64,000 bases of DNA. Origin: Balanoglossus misakiensis (Eukaryota; Animalia; Hemichordata). The translations under genes were made by a program, and so were the position numbers. This document shows positions 11,945 through 27,000 of the stretch, piece by piece (the stretch's first letter is position 1; each line of letters starts with the position of its first letter). The stretch is taken from positions 2,604,001-2,668,000 of the forward strand of contig CM082590.2 of NCBI GenBank assembly GCA_040954595.2, read 5' to 3'. The notes under the pieces were generated by a model. The model was not told the origin of the DNA. It ran no database searches and was given only the letters and a program-made list of their open reading frames with translations.

Positions 11945-14900
11945 TGGTTGCTTCCAAACAGCCTCGTTTATTGACGGAATTCTGTTTTGAGGCGCAGAAC
12001 ACATAGATAGGCATATGTGCATAAGAAAGTTTTCCACTATAGACTCTGTACATCGAGAGATAGTTCTAAAATTTCCATGGTTGCTTCCAAACACAGCCTC
12101 GTTTGTTTACAAAATTCTGTTGTGATGCGCAGAACACATATATAGGCCTATGCGCATAAGAACGTTTTCCACTAGACTCTGTAGATCGACGGATAGTTCT
12201 AAAATTTCCATGGTTGCTTCCAAACAGCCTCGTTTATTTACCGAATTCTGTTGTGAGGCACAGAACACATTGATAGGCCTATGTGCATAAGAAAGTTTTC
12301 CACTATAGACTCTGTAGATCGAGAGATAGTTCTAAAATGTCCATGGTTGCTTCCAAACACAGCCTCGTTTGTTTACAAAATTCTGTTGTGATGCGCAGAA
12401 CACATATATAGGCCTATGCGAATAAGAACGTTTCCACTAGACTCTGTAGATCGACGGATAGCTGTAAAATTTCCATGATTGCTTTTAAACAGCCTCGTTT
12501 ATTTACCGATTTCTGTTGTGAGGCGCAGAACACATAGATAGGCATATGTGCATAAGAAAGTTTTCCACTATAGACTCTGTAGTTCGAGAGATAGTTCTAA
12601 AATGTCCATGGTTGCTTCCAAACACAGCCTCGTTTGTTTACAAAATTCTGTTGTGATGCGCAGAACACATATATAGGCCTATGCGCATAAGAACGTTTCC
12701 ACTAGACTCTGTAGATCGACGGATAGCTGTAAAATTTCCATGGTTGCTTTTAAACAGCCTCGTTTATTTACCGATTTCTGTTGTGAGGCGCAGAACACAT
12801 AGATAGGCATATGTGCATAAGAAAGTTTTCCACTATAGACTCTGTAGATCGAGAGATAGTTCTAAAATGTCCATGGTTGCTTCCAAACACAGCCTCGTTT
12901 GTTTACAAAATTCTGTTATGATGCGCAGAACACATATATAGGCCTATGCGCATAAGAACGTTTCCACTAGACTCTGTAGATCGACGGATAGCTGTAAAAT
13001 TTCCATGGTTGCTTTTAAACAGCCTCGTTTATTTACCGATTTCTGTTGTGAGGCGCAGAACACATAGATAGGCATATGTGCATAAGAAAGTTTTCCACTA
13101 TAGACTCTGTAGATCGAGAGATAGTTCTAAAATGTCCATGGTTGCTTCCAAACACAGCCTCGTTTATTTACCGATTTCTGTTGTGATGCGCATAACACAT
13201 AGATAGGCCTATGCGCATAAGAACGTTTTCCACTAGACTCTGTAGATCGACGGATAGTTGTACAATTTCCATGGTTGCTTCCAAACAGCATCGTTTATTT
13301 ATTGAATTCTGTTGTGAGGCGCAGAACACGTAATAGGTCTATGCGCATAAGGAAGTTTTCCACCAGACTCTGTAGATCGACGGATAGTTGTAAAAGTTCA
13401 TGGTTGCTTCCAAATACAGCCTCGTTTATTTACCGATTTCTGTTGTGAAGCGCATAACACATAGATAGGCCTATGCGCATAAGAACGTTTTCCACTAGAC
13501 TATGTAGATCGACGGATAGTTGTACAATTTCCATGGTTGCTTCCAAACAGCCTCGTTTATTGACGGAATTCTGTTTTGAGGCGCAGAACACATAGATAGG
13601 CATATGTGCATAAGAAAGTTTTCCACTATAGACTCTGTACATCGAGAGATAGTTCTAAAATTTCCATGGTTGCTTCCAAACACAGCCTCGTTTGTTTACA
13701 AAATTCTGTTGTGATGCGCAGAACACATATATAGGCCTATGCGCATAAGAACGTTTTCCACTAGACTCTGTAGATCGACGGATAGTTCTAAAATTTCCAT
13801 GGTTGCTTCCAAACAGCCTCGTTTATTTACCGAATTCTGTTGTGAGGCACAGAACACATTGATAGGCCTATGTGCATAAGAAAGTTTTCCACTATAGACT
13901 CTGTAGATCGAGAGATAGTTCTAAAATGTCCATGGTTGCTTCCAAACACAGCCTCGTTTGTTTACAAAATTCTGTTGTGATGCGCAGAACACATATATAG
14001 GCCTATGCGAATAAGAACGTTTCCACTAGACTCTGTAGATCGACGGATAGCTGTAAAATTTCCATGATTGCTTTTAAACAGCCTCGTTTATTTACCGATT
14101 TCTGTTGTGAGGCGCAGAACACATAGATAGGCATATGTGCATAAGAAAGTTTTCCACTATAGACTCTGTAGTTCGAGAGATAGTTCTAAAATGTCCATGG
14201 TTGCTTCCAAACACAGCCTCGTTTGTTTACAAAATTCTGTTGTGATGCGCAGAACACATATATAGGCCTATGCGCATAAGAACGTTTCCACTAGACTCTG
14301 TAGATCGACGGATAGCTGTAAAATTTCCATGGTTGCTTTTAAACAGCCTCGTTTATTTACCGATTTCTGTTGTGAGGCGCAGAACACATAGATAGGCATA
14401 TGTGCATAAGAAAGTTTTCCACTATAGACTCTGTAGATCGAGAGATAGTTCTAAAATGTCCATGGTTGCTTCCAAACACAGCCTCGTTTGTTTACAAAAT
14501 TCTGTTATGATGCGCAGAACACATATATAGGCCTATGCGCATAAGAACGTTTCCACTAGACTCTGTAGATCGACGGATAGCTGTAAAATTTCCATGGTTG
14601 CTTTTAAACAGCCTCGTTTATTTACCGATTTCTGTTGTGAGGCGCAGAACACATAGATAGGCATATGTGCATAAGAAAGTTTTCCACTATAGACTCTGTA
14701 GATCGAGAGATAGTTCTAAAATGTCCATGGTTGCTTCCAAACACAGCCTCGTTTATTTACCGATTTCTGTTGTGATGCGCATAACACATAGATAGGCCTA
14801 TGCGCATAAGAACGTTTTCCACTAGACTCTGTAGATCGACGGATAGTTGTACAATTTCCATGGTTGCTTCCAAACAGCATCGTTTATTTATTGAATTCTG

Positions 14901-15149
14901 TTGTGAGGCGCAGAACACGTAATAGGTCTATGCGCATAAGGAAGTTTTCCACCAGACTCTGTAGATCGACGGATAGTTGTAAAAGTTCATGGTTGCTTCC
15001 AAATACAGCCTCGTTTATTTACCGATTTCTGTTGTGAAGCGCATAACACATAGATAGGCCTATGCGCATAAGAACGTTTTCCACTAGACTATGTAGATCG
15101 ACGGATAGTTGTACAATTTCCATGGTTGCTTCCAAACAGCCTCGTTTAT
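11945..15149 (+). repeat. 1589 bp (12-monomer) tandem duplication
   Basis: Shared rare variants at constant offset 1589: TTGACGGAA ~11971/13560, GCGAATAAG ~12418/14007, GTTCGAGAG ~12582/14171, GTTATGATG ~12915/14504, ATTGAATTC ~13301/14890, GTGAAGCGC ~13445/15034. Confidence 0.9.
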
Positions 15150-18100
15150 TTACCGATTTCTGTTGTGAGGCGCAGAACACATGATAGGCCTATGCGCATA
15201 AGACATTTTTCCACTAGACTCTGTAGATCGACGGATAGTTCTAAAATTTCCATGGTTGCTTCCAAACAGCCTCGTTTATTTACCGAATTCTGTTGTGAGG
15301 CGCAGAGCACGCAATAGGCCTATGCGCATAAGAAAGTTTTCCACCAGACTCCGTAGATCGACGGATAGTTGTAAAATTTCCATGGTTGTTTCCAAACACA
15401 GCCTCGTTCATTTACAAAATTCCGTTGTGATGCGCTGAACACATACATATGCCTATGCGCATAAGAAAGTTTCCCACTAGACTCTGTAGATCGACGGATA
15501 GTTCTAAAATGTCCATGGTTGCTTCCAAACAGCCTCGTTTATTGACGGAATTCTGTTGTGAGGCGCAGAACACATAGATAGGCCTATGCGCATAAGAAAG
15601 TTTTCCACCAGACTCCGTAGATCGACGGATAGTTGTAAAATTTCCATGGTTGTTTCCAAACACAGCCTCGTTCATTTACAAAATTCTGTTGTGATGCGCT
15701 GAACACATACATATGCCTATGCGCATAAGAAAGTTTCCCACTAGACTCTGTAGATCAACGGATAGTTCTAAAATTTCCATGATTGCTTCCAAACACATCC
15801 TCGATTGTTTACAAAATTCTGTTCTGATGCGCAGAACACATAGATAGGCCTGTGCGCATATGAACGTTTTCCACTATACACTGTAGATCCAGAGATAGTT
15901 CTAAAACTTCCATGTTTGCTTCCAAACAGCCTCGTTTATTTGCGGAATTCTGTTTTGAGGCGCAGAACACATAGATAGGCATATGTGAATAAGAAAGTTT
16001 TCCACTATAGACTCTGTAGATCGAGAGATAGTTGTAAAATTTCCATGGTTGCTTCCAAACAGCCTCGTTTATTTACCGATTTCTGTTGTGAGGCGCAGAA
16101 CACATAGATAGGCCTATGCGCATAAAAAACTTTTCAACTTTAGATCAACGGATAGTTCAAAAATTTCCATGGTTGTTTCCAAACAGCCTCGTTTATTTAC
16201 CGAATTCTGTTGTGATGCGTAGAACACATACATATGCCTATGCGCATAAGAAAGTTTTCCACTAGACACCGTAGATCGACGAATAGTTCTAAAATGTCCA
16301 TGGTTGCTTCCAAACAGCCTCGTTTATTGACGGAATTCTGTTTTGAGGCGCAGAACACATAGATAGGCATATGTGCATAAGAAAGTTTTCCACTATAGAC
16401 TCTGTACATCGAGAGATAGTTCTAAAATTTCCATGGTTGCTTCCAAACACAGCCTCGTTTGTTTACAAAATTCTGTTGTGATGCGCAGAACACATATATA
16501 GGCCTATGCGCATAAGAACGTTTTCCACTAGACTCTGTAGATCGACGGATAGTTCTAAAATTTCCATGGTTGCTTCGAAACAGCCTCGTTTATTTACCGA
16601 ATTCTGTTGTGAGGCACAGAACACATTGATAGGCCTATGTGCATAAGAAAGTTTTCCACTATAGACTCTGTAGATCGAGAGATAGTTCTAAAATGTCCAT
16701 GGTTGCTTCCAAACACAGCCTCGTTTGTTTACAAAATTCTGTTGTGATGCGCAGAACACATATATAGGCCTATGCGCATAATAACGTTTTCCACTAGACT
16801 CTGTAGATCGACGGATAGTTGTAAAATTTCCATGGTTGCTTCCAAACAGCCTCGTTTATTTACCGAATTATGTTGTGAGGCGCAGAACACATAGATAGGC
16901 ATATGTGCATAAGAAAGTTTTCCACTATAGACTCTGTAGATCGAGAGATAGTTCTAAAATGTCCATGGTTGCTACCAAACACAGCCTCGTTTGTTTACAA
17001 AATTCTGTTGTGATGCGCAGAACACATATATAGGCCTATGCGCATAAGAACGTTTCCACTAGACTCTGTAGATCGACGGATAGCTGTAAAATTTCCATGG
17101 TTGCTTCCAAACAGCCTCGCTTATTTACCGATTTCTGTTGTGAGGCGCAGAACACATGATAGGCCTATGCGCATGAGACATTTTTCCACTAGACTCTGTA
17201 GATCGACGGATAGCTGTAAAATTTCCATGGTTGCTTCCAAACAGCCTCGTTTATTTACCGATTTCTGTTGTGAGGCGCAGAACACATGATAGGCCTATGC
17301 GCATGAGACATTTTTCCACTAGACTCTGTAGATCGACGGATAGTTGTACAATTTCATGGTTGCTTCCAAATACAGCCTCGTTTATTTACTGATTTCTGTT
17401 GTGATGCGCATAACACATTGATAGGCCTATGCGCATAAGAACGTTTTCCACTAGACTTTGTAGATCGACGGATAGTTGTACAATGTCCATGGTTGCTTCC
17501 AAACAGCCTCGTTTATTTACCGAATTCTGTTGTGAGGCGCAGAACACGTAATAGGTCTATGCGCATAAGGAAGTTTTCCACCAGACTCTGTAGATCGACG
17601 GATAGTTGTAAAATTTCATGGTTGCTTCCAAATACAGCCTCGTTTATTTACCGATTTCTGTTGTGATGCGCATAACACATAGATAGGCCTATGCGCATAA
17701 GAACGTTTTCCACTAGACTCTGTAGATCGACGGATAGTTGTACAATTTCCATGGTTGCTTCCAAACAGCCTCGTTTATTTACCGATTTCTGTTGTGAGGC
17801 GCAGAACACATAGATAGGCATAAGTGCATAATAAAGTTTTCCACTAGACTCTGTAGATCGAGAGATAGTTCTAAAATTTCCATGGTTGCTTCCAAACACA
17901 GCCTCGTTTGTTTACAAAATTCTGTTGTGATGCGCAGAACACATATATAGGCCTATGCGCATAATAACGTTTTCCACTAGACTCTGTAGATCGACGGATA
18001 GTTGTAAAATTTCCATGGTTGCTTCCAAACAGCCTCGTTTATTTACCGAATTCTGTTGTGAGGCGCAGAACACATAGATAGGCATATGTGCATAAGAATG

Positions 18101-21100
18101 TTTTCCACTATAGACTCTGTAGATCGAGAGATAGTTCTAAAATGTCCATGGTTGCTTCCAAACACAGCCTCGTTTGTTTACAAAATTCTGTTGTGATGCG
18201 CAGAACACATATATAGGCCTATGCGCATAAGAACGTTTCCACTAGACTCTGTAGATCGACGGATAGCTGTAAAATTTCCATGGTTGCTTCCAAACAGCCT
18301 CGTTTATTTACCGAATTCTGTTGTGAGGCGCAGAACACATAGATAGGCATATGTGCATAAGAAAGTTTTCCACTATAGACTCTGTAGATCGAGAGATAGT
18401 TCTAAAATGTCCATGGTTGCTTCCAAACACAGCCTCGTTTATTTACCGATTTCTGTTGTGATGCGCATAACACATAGATAGGCCTATGCGCATAAGAACG
18501 TTTTCCACTAGACTCTGTAGATCGACGGATAGTTGTACAATTTCCATGGTTGCTTCCAAACAGCATCGTTTATTTACCGAATTCTGTTGTGAGGCGCAGA
18601 ACACGTAATAGGTCTATGCGCATAAGGAAGTTTTCCACCAGACTCTGTAGATCGACGGATAGTTGTAAAATTTCATGGTTGCTTCCAAATACAGCCTCGT
18701 TTATTTACCGATTTCTGTTGTGATGCGCAAAACACATAGATAGGCCTATGCGCATAAGAACGTTTTCCACTAGACTCTGTAGATCGACGGATAGTTGTAC
18801 AATTTCCATGGTTGCTTCCAAACAGCCTCGTTTATTTACCGATTTCTGTTGTGAGGCGCAGAGCACGTGATAGGCCTATGCGCATAAGACATTTTTCCAC
18901 TAGACTCTGTAGATCGACGGATAGTTCTAAAATTTCCATGGTTGCTTCAAAACAGCCTCGTTTATTTACCGAATTCTGTTGTGAGGCGCAGAGCACGTAA
19001 TAGGCCTATGCGCATAAGAAAGTTTTCCACCAGACTCCGTAGATCGACGGATAGTTGTAAAATTTCCATGGTTTTTTCCAAACACAGCCTCGTTCATTTA
19101 CAAAATTCTGTTGTGATGCGCTGAACACATACATATGCCTATGCGCATAAGAAAGTTTCCACTATACTCTGTAGATCGACGGATAGTTCTAAAATTTCCA
19201 TGATTGCTTCCAAACACATCCTCGATTGTTTACAAAATTCTGTTGTGATGCGCAGAACACATAGATAGGCCTATGCGCATATGAACGTTTTCCACTATAC
19301 ACTGTAGATCGAGAGATAGTTCTAAAACTTCCATGTTTGCTTCCAAACAGCCTCGTTTATTTGCGGAATTCTGTTTTGAGGCGCAGAACACATAGATAGG
19401 CATATGTGAATAAGAAAGTTTTCCACTATAGACTCTGTAGATCGAGAGATAGTTGTAAAATTTCCATGGTTGCTTCCAAACAGCCTCGTTTATTTACCGA
19501 TTTCTGTTGTGAGGCGCAGAACACATAGATAGGCCTATGCGCATAAAAAACTTTTCAACTTTAGATCAACGGATAGTTCAAAAATTTCCATGGTTGTTTC
19601 CAAACAGCCTCGTTTATTTACCGAATTCTGTTGTGATGCGTAGAACACATACATATGCCTATGCGCATAAGAAAGTTTTCCACTAGACTCCGTAGATCGA
19701 CGAATAGTTCTAAAATGTCCATGGTTGCTTCCAAACAAAGCCTGGTTTGTTTACAAAGTTCTGTTGTGATGCGCAGAACACATAGATAGGCCTATGCGCA
19801 TATGAACGTTTTCCACTATACTCTGTAGATCGAGAGTTAGTTCTAAAATTTCCATGTTTGCTTCCAAACAGCCTCGTTTATTTACGGAATTCTGTTGTGA
19901 GGCGCAGAGCACGTAATAGGCCTATGCGCATAAGAAAGTTTTCCACCAGACTCTGTAGATCGACGGATAGTTGTAAAATTTCCATGGTTGCTTCCAAACA
20001 GTCTCGTTTATTTACCGATTTCTGTTGTGATGCGCAGAACACATAGATAGGCATATGTGCATAATAAAGTTTTCCACTAGACTCTGTAGATCGAGAGATA
20101 GTTCTAAAATTTCCATGGTTGCTTCCAAACACAGCCTCGTTTGTTTACAAAATTCTGTTGTGATGCGCAGAACACATATATAGGCCTATGCGCATAATAA
20201 CGTTTTCCACTAGACTCTGTAGATCGACGGATAGTTGTAAAATTTCCATGGTTGCTTCCAAACAGCCTCGTTTATTTACCGAATTCTGTTGTGAGGCGCA
20301 GAACACATAGATAGGCATATGTGCATAAGAAAGTTTTCCACTATAGACTCTGTAGATCGAGAGATAGTTCTAAAATGTCCATGGTTGCTTCCAAACACAG
20401 CCTCGTTTGTTTACAAAATTCTGTTGTGATGCGCAGAACACATATATAGGCCTATGCGCATAAGAACGTTTCCACTAGACTCTGTAGATCGACGGATAGC
20501 TGTAAAATTTCCATGGTTGCTTTTAAACAGCCTCGTTTATTTACCGATTTCTGTTGTGATGCGCAGAACAAATAGATAGGCATATGTGCATAAGAAAGTT
20601 TTCCACTATAGACTCTGTAGATAGTTCTAAAATGTCCATGGTTGCTTCCAAACACACCCTCGTTTATTTACCGATTTCTGTTGAGATGCGCATAACACAT
20701 AGATAGGCCTATGCGCATAAGAACGTTTTCCACTAGACTCTGTAGATCGACGGATAGTTGTACAATTTCCATGGTTGCTTCCAAACAGCATCGTTTATTT
20801 ACGGAATTCTGTTGTGAGGCGCAGAACACGTAATAGGTCTATGCGCATAAGGAAGTTTTCCACCAGACTCTGTAGATCGACGGATAGTTGTTAAATTTCA
20901 TGGTTGCTTCAAAATACAGCCTCGTTTATTTACCGATTTCTGTTGTGATGCGCATAACACATAGATAGGCCTATGCGCATAAGAACGTTTTCCACTAGAC
21001 TCTGTAGATCGACGGATAGTTGTACAATTTCCATGGTTGCTTCCAAACAGCCTCGTTTATTTACCGATTTCTGTTGTGAGGCGCAGAACACATGATAGGC

Positions 21101-24069
21101 CTATGGGCATACGACATTTTTCCACTAGACTCTGTAGATCGACGGATAGTTCTAAAATGTCCATGGTTGCTTCCAAACAGCCTCGTTTATTTACCGAATT
21201 CTGTTGTGAGGCGCAGAGCACGTAATAGGCCTATGCGCATAAGAAAGTTTTCCACCAGACTCCGTAGATCGACGGATAGTTGTAAAATTTCCATGGTTGT
21301 TTCCAAACACAGCCTCGTTCATTTACAAAATTCTGTTGTGATGCGCTGAACACATACATATGCCTATGCGCATAAGAAAGTTTCCCACTAGACTCTGTAG
21401 ATCGACGGATAGTTCTAAAATTTCCATGATTGCTTCCAAACACATCCTCGATTGTTTACAAAATTCTGTTGTGATGCGCAGAACACATATATAGGCCTAT
21501 GCGCATATGAACGTTTTCCACTATACTCCGTAGATCGACGGATAGTTCTAAAATTTCCATTGTTGCTTCCAAACAGCCTCGTTTATTTACCGAATTCTGT
21601 TGTGAGGCGCAGAACACGTAATAGGCCTATGCGCATAAGAAACTTTTCAACTTTAGATCGAGAGATAGTTCTAAAATTTCCATGGTTGTTTCCAAACACA
21701 GCCTCGTTCATTTACAAAATTCTGTTGTGATGCGCTGAACACATACATATGCCTATGCGCATAAGAAAGTTTCCCACTAGACTCTGTAGATCGACGGATA
21801 GTTCTAAAATTTCCATGATTGCTTCCAAACACATCCTCGATTGATTACAAAATTCTGTTGTGATGCGCAGAACACATAGATAGGCCTATGCGCATATGAA
21901 CGTTTTCCACTATACACTGTAGATCGAGAGATAGTTCTAAAACTTCCATGTTTGCTTCCAAACAGCCTCGTTTATTTGCGGAATTCTGTTTTGAGGCGCA
22001 GAACACATAGATAGGCATATGTGAATAAGAAAGTTTTCCACTATAGACTCTGTAGATCGAGAGATAGTTGTAAAATTTCCATGGTTGCTTCCAAACAGCC
22101 TCGTTTATTTACCGATTTCTGTTGTGAGGCGCAGAACACATAGATAGGCCTATGCGCATAAAAAACTTTTCAACTTTAGATCAACGGATAGTTCAAAAAT
22201 TTCCATGGTTGTTTCCAAACAGCCTCGTTTATTTACCGAATTCTGTTGTGATGCGTAGAACACATACATATGCCTATGCGCATAAGAAAGTTTTCCACTA
22301 GACTCCGTAGATCGACGAATAGTTCTAAAATGTCCATGGTTGCTTCCAAACAAAGCCTGGTTTGTTTACAAAATTCTGTTGTGATGCGCAGAACACATAG
22401 ATAGGCCTATGCGCATATGAACGTTTTCCACTATACTCTGTAGATCGAGAGTTAGTTCTAAAATTTCCATGTTTGCTTCCAAACAGCCTCGTTTATTTAC
22501 GGAATTCTGTTTTGAGGCGCAGAACACATAGATAGGCATATGTGCATAAGAAAGTTTTCCACTATAGACTCTGTACATCGAGAGATAGTTCTAAAATTTC
22601 CATGGTTGCTTTCAAACACAGCCTCGTTTGTTTACAAAATTCTGTTGTGATGCGCAGAACACATATATAGGCCTATGCGCATAAGAACGTTTTCCACTAG
22701 ACTCTGTAGATCGACGGATAGTTCTAAAATTTCCATGGTTGCTTCCAAACAGCCTCGTTTATTTACCGAATTCTGTTGTGAGGCACAGAACACATAGATA
22801 GGCCTATGTGCATAAGAAAGTTTTCCACTATAGACTCTGTAGATCAAGAGATAGTTCTAAAATGTCCATGGTTGCTTCCAAACACAGCCTCGTTTGTTTA
22901 CAAAATTCTGTTGTGATGCGCAGAACACATATATAGGCCTATGCGCATAATAACGTTTTCCACTAGACTCTGTAGATCGACGGATAGTTGTAAAATTTCC
23001 ATGGTTGCTTCCAAACAGCCTCGTTTATTTACCGAATTCTGTTGTGAGGCGCATAACACATAGATAGGCATATGTGCATAAGAAAGTTTTCCACTATAGA
23101 CTCTGTAGATCGAGAGATAGTTCTAAAATGTCCATGGTTGCTACCAAACACAGCCTCGTTTGTTTACAACATTCTGTTGTGATGCGCAGAACACATATAT
23201 AGGCATATGCGCATAAGAACGTTTCCACTAGACTCTGTAGATCGACGGATAGCTGTAAAATTTCTATGGTTGCTTCCAAACAGCCTCGTTTATTTACTGA
23301 TTTCTGTTGTGAGGCGCAGAACACATGATAGGCCTATGCGCATGAGACATTTTTCCACTAGACTCTGTAGATCGACGGATAGTTGTAAAATTTCATGGTT
23401 GCTTCCAAATACAGCCTCGTTTATTTACCGATTTCTGTTGTGATGCGCATAACACATAGATAGGCCTATGCGCATAAGAACGTTTTCCACTAGACTCTGT
23501 AGATCGACGGATAGTTGTACAATTTCCATGGTTACTTCCAAACAGCCTCGTTTATTTACCGATTTCTGTTGTGAGGCGCAGAACACATGATAGGCCTATG
23601 CGCATAAGACATTTTTCCACTAGACTCTGTAGATCGACGGATAGTTGTAAAATTTCCATGGTTGCTTCCAAACAGCCTCGTTTATTTACCGATTTCTGTT
23701 GTGATGCGCAGAACACATAGATAGGCATATGTGCATAATAAAGTTTTCCACTAGACTCTGTAGATCGAGAGATAGTTCTAAAATTTCCATGGTTGCTTCC
23801 AAACACAGCCTCGTTTGTTTACACAATTCTGTTGTGATGCGCAGAACACATAGATAGGCATATGTGCATAATAAAGTTTTCCACTAGACTCTGTAGATCG
23901 AGAGATAGTTCTAAAATTTCCATGGTTGCTTCCAAACACAGCCTCGTTTGTTTACACAATTCTGTTGTGATGCGCAGAACACATATATAGGCCTATGCGC
24001 ATAATAACGTTTTCCACTAGACTCTGTAGATCGACGGATAGTTGTAAAATTTCCATGGTTGCTTTCAAA

Positions 24070-27000
24070 CAGCCTCGTTTATTTACCGAATTCTGTTGTG
24101 AGGCGCAGAACACATAGATAGGCATATGTGCATAAGAAAGTTTTCCACTATAGACTCTGTAGATCGAGAGATAGTTCTAAAGTGTCCATGGTTGCTTCCA
24201 AACACAGCCTCGTTTGTTTACAAAATTCTGTTGTGATGCGCAGAACACATATATAGGCCTATGCGCATAAGAACGTTTCCACTAGACTCTGTAGATCGAC
24301 GGATAGCTGTAAAATTTCCATGGTTGCTTTTAAACAGCCTCGTTTATTTACCGATTTCTGTTGTGAGGCGCAGAACACATAGATAGGCATATGTGCATAA
24401 GAAAGTTTTCCACTATAGACTCTGTAGATCGAGAGATAGTTCTAAAATGTCCATGGTTGCTTCCAAACACAGCCTCGTTTATTTACCAATTTCTGTTGTG
24501 ATGCGCATAACACATAGATAGGCCTATGCGCATAAGAACGTTTTCCACTAGACTCTGTAGATCGACGGATAGTTCTAAAATTTCAATGGTTGCTTCCAAA
24601 CAGCCTCGTTTATTTACCGAATTCTGTTGTGAGGCGCAGAACACATAGATAGGCATATGTGCATAAGAAAGTTTTCCACTATAGACTCTGTAGATCGAGA
24701 GATAGTTCTAAAGTGTCCATGGTTGCTTCCAAACACAGCCTCGTTTGTTTACAAAATTCTGTTGTGATGCGCAGAACACATATATAGGCCTATGCGCATA
24801 AGAACGTTTCCACTAGACTCTGTAGATCGACGGATAGCTGTAAAATTTCCATGGTTGCTTTTAAACAGCCTCGTTTATTTACCGATTTCTGTTGTGAGGC
24901 GCAGAACACATAGATAGGCATATGTGCATAAGAAAGTTTTCCACTATAGACTCTGTAGATCGAGAGATAGTTCTAAAATGTCCATGGTTGCTTCCAAACA
25001 CAGCCTCGTTTATTTACCGATTTCTGTTGTGATGCGCATAACACATAGATAGGCCTATGCGCATAAGAACGTTTTCCACTAGACTCTGTAGATCGACGGA
25101 TAGTTCTAAAATTTCAATGGTTGCTTCCAAACAGCCTCGTTTATTTACCGAATTCTGTTGTGATGCGCAGAACACATGATAGGACTATGCGCATAAGAAA
25201 TTTTTCCACCAGACTCTGTAGATCGACGGATAGTTGTAAAATTTCCATGGTTGCTTCCAAACAGCATCGTTTATTTACCGAATTCTGTTGTGAGGCGCAG
25301 AACACGTAATAGGTCTATGCGCATAAGGAAGTTTTCCACTAGACTCTGTAGATCGACGGATAGTTGTACAATTTCCATGGTTGCTTCCAAACAGCCTCTT
25401 TTATTTACCGATTTCTGTTGTGAGGCGCAGAACACATGATAGGCCTATGCGCATAAGACATTTTTCCACTAGACTCTGTAGATCGACGGATAGTTCTAAA
25501 ATTTCCATGGTTGCTTCCAAACAGCCTCGTTTATTTACCGAATTCTGTTGTGAGGCGCAGAGCACGTAATAGGCCTATGCGCATAAGAAAGTTTTCCACC
25601 AGACTCCGTAGATCGACGGATAGTTGTAAAATTTCCATGGTTGCTTCCAAACAGCATCGTTTATTTACCGAATTCTGTTGTGAGGCGCAGAACACGTAAT
25701 AGGTCTATGCGCATAAGGAAGTTTTCCACTAGACTCTGTAGATCGACGGATAGTTGTACAATTTCCATGGTTGCTTCCAAACAGCCTCTTTTATTTACCG
25801 ATTTCTGTTGTGAGGCGCAGAACACATGATAGGCCTATGCGCATAAGACATTTTTCCACTAGACTCTGTAGATCGACGGATAGTTCTAAAATTTCCATGG
25901 TTGCTTCCAAACAGTCCGTTTATTTACCGAATTCTGTTGTGAGGCGCAGAGCACGTAATAGGCCTATGCGCATAAGAAAGTTTTCCACCAGACTCTGTAG
26001 ATCGACGGATAGTTGTAAAATTTCCATGGTTGCTTCCAAACACAGACTTGTTTGTTTACACAATTCTGTTGTGATGCGCAGAACACATATATAGGCCTAT
26101 GCGCATAATGACGTTTTCCACTAGACTCTGTAGATCGACGGATAGTTGTAAAATTTCCATGGTTGCTTTCAAACAGCCTCGTTTATTTACCGAATTCTGT
26201 TGTGAGGCGCAGAACACATAGATAGGCATATGTGCATCAGAAAGTTTTCCACTATAGACTCTGTAGATCGAGAGATAGTTCTAAAGTGTCCATGGTTGCT
26301 TCCAAACACAGCCTCGTTTGTTTACAAAATTCTGTTGTGATGCGCAGAACACATATATAGGCCTATGCGCATAAGAACGTTTCCACTAGACTCTGTAGAT
26401 CGACGGATAGCTGTAAAATTTCCATGGTTGCTTTTAAACAGCCTCGTTTATTTACCGATTTCTGTTGTGAGGCACAGAACACATAGATAGGCATATGTGC
26501 ATAAGAAAGTTTTCCACTATAGACTCTGTAGATCGAGAGATAGTTCTAAAATGTCCATGGTTGCTTCCAAACACAGCCTCGTTTATTTACCGATTTCTGT
26601 TGTGATGCGCATAACACATAGATAGGCCTATGCGCATAAGAACGTTTTCCACTAGACTCTGTAGATCGACGGATAGTTCTAAAATTTCAATGGTTGCTTC
26701 CAAACAGCCTCGTTTATTTACCGAATTCTGTTGTGATGCGCAGAACACATGATAGGACTATGCGCATAAGAAATTTTTCCACCAGACTCTGTAGATCGAC
26801 GGATAGTTGTAAAATTTCCATGGTTGCTTCCAAACAGCATCGTTTATTTACCGAATTCTGTTGTGAGGCGCAGAACACGTAATAGGTCTATGCGCATAAG
26901 GAAGTTTTCCACTAGACTCTGTAGATCGACGGATAGTTGTACAATTTCCATGGTTGCTTCCAAACAGCCTCTTTTATTTACCGATTTCTGTTGTGAGGCG

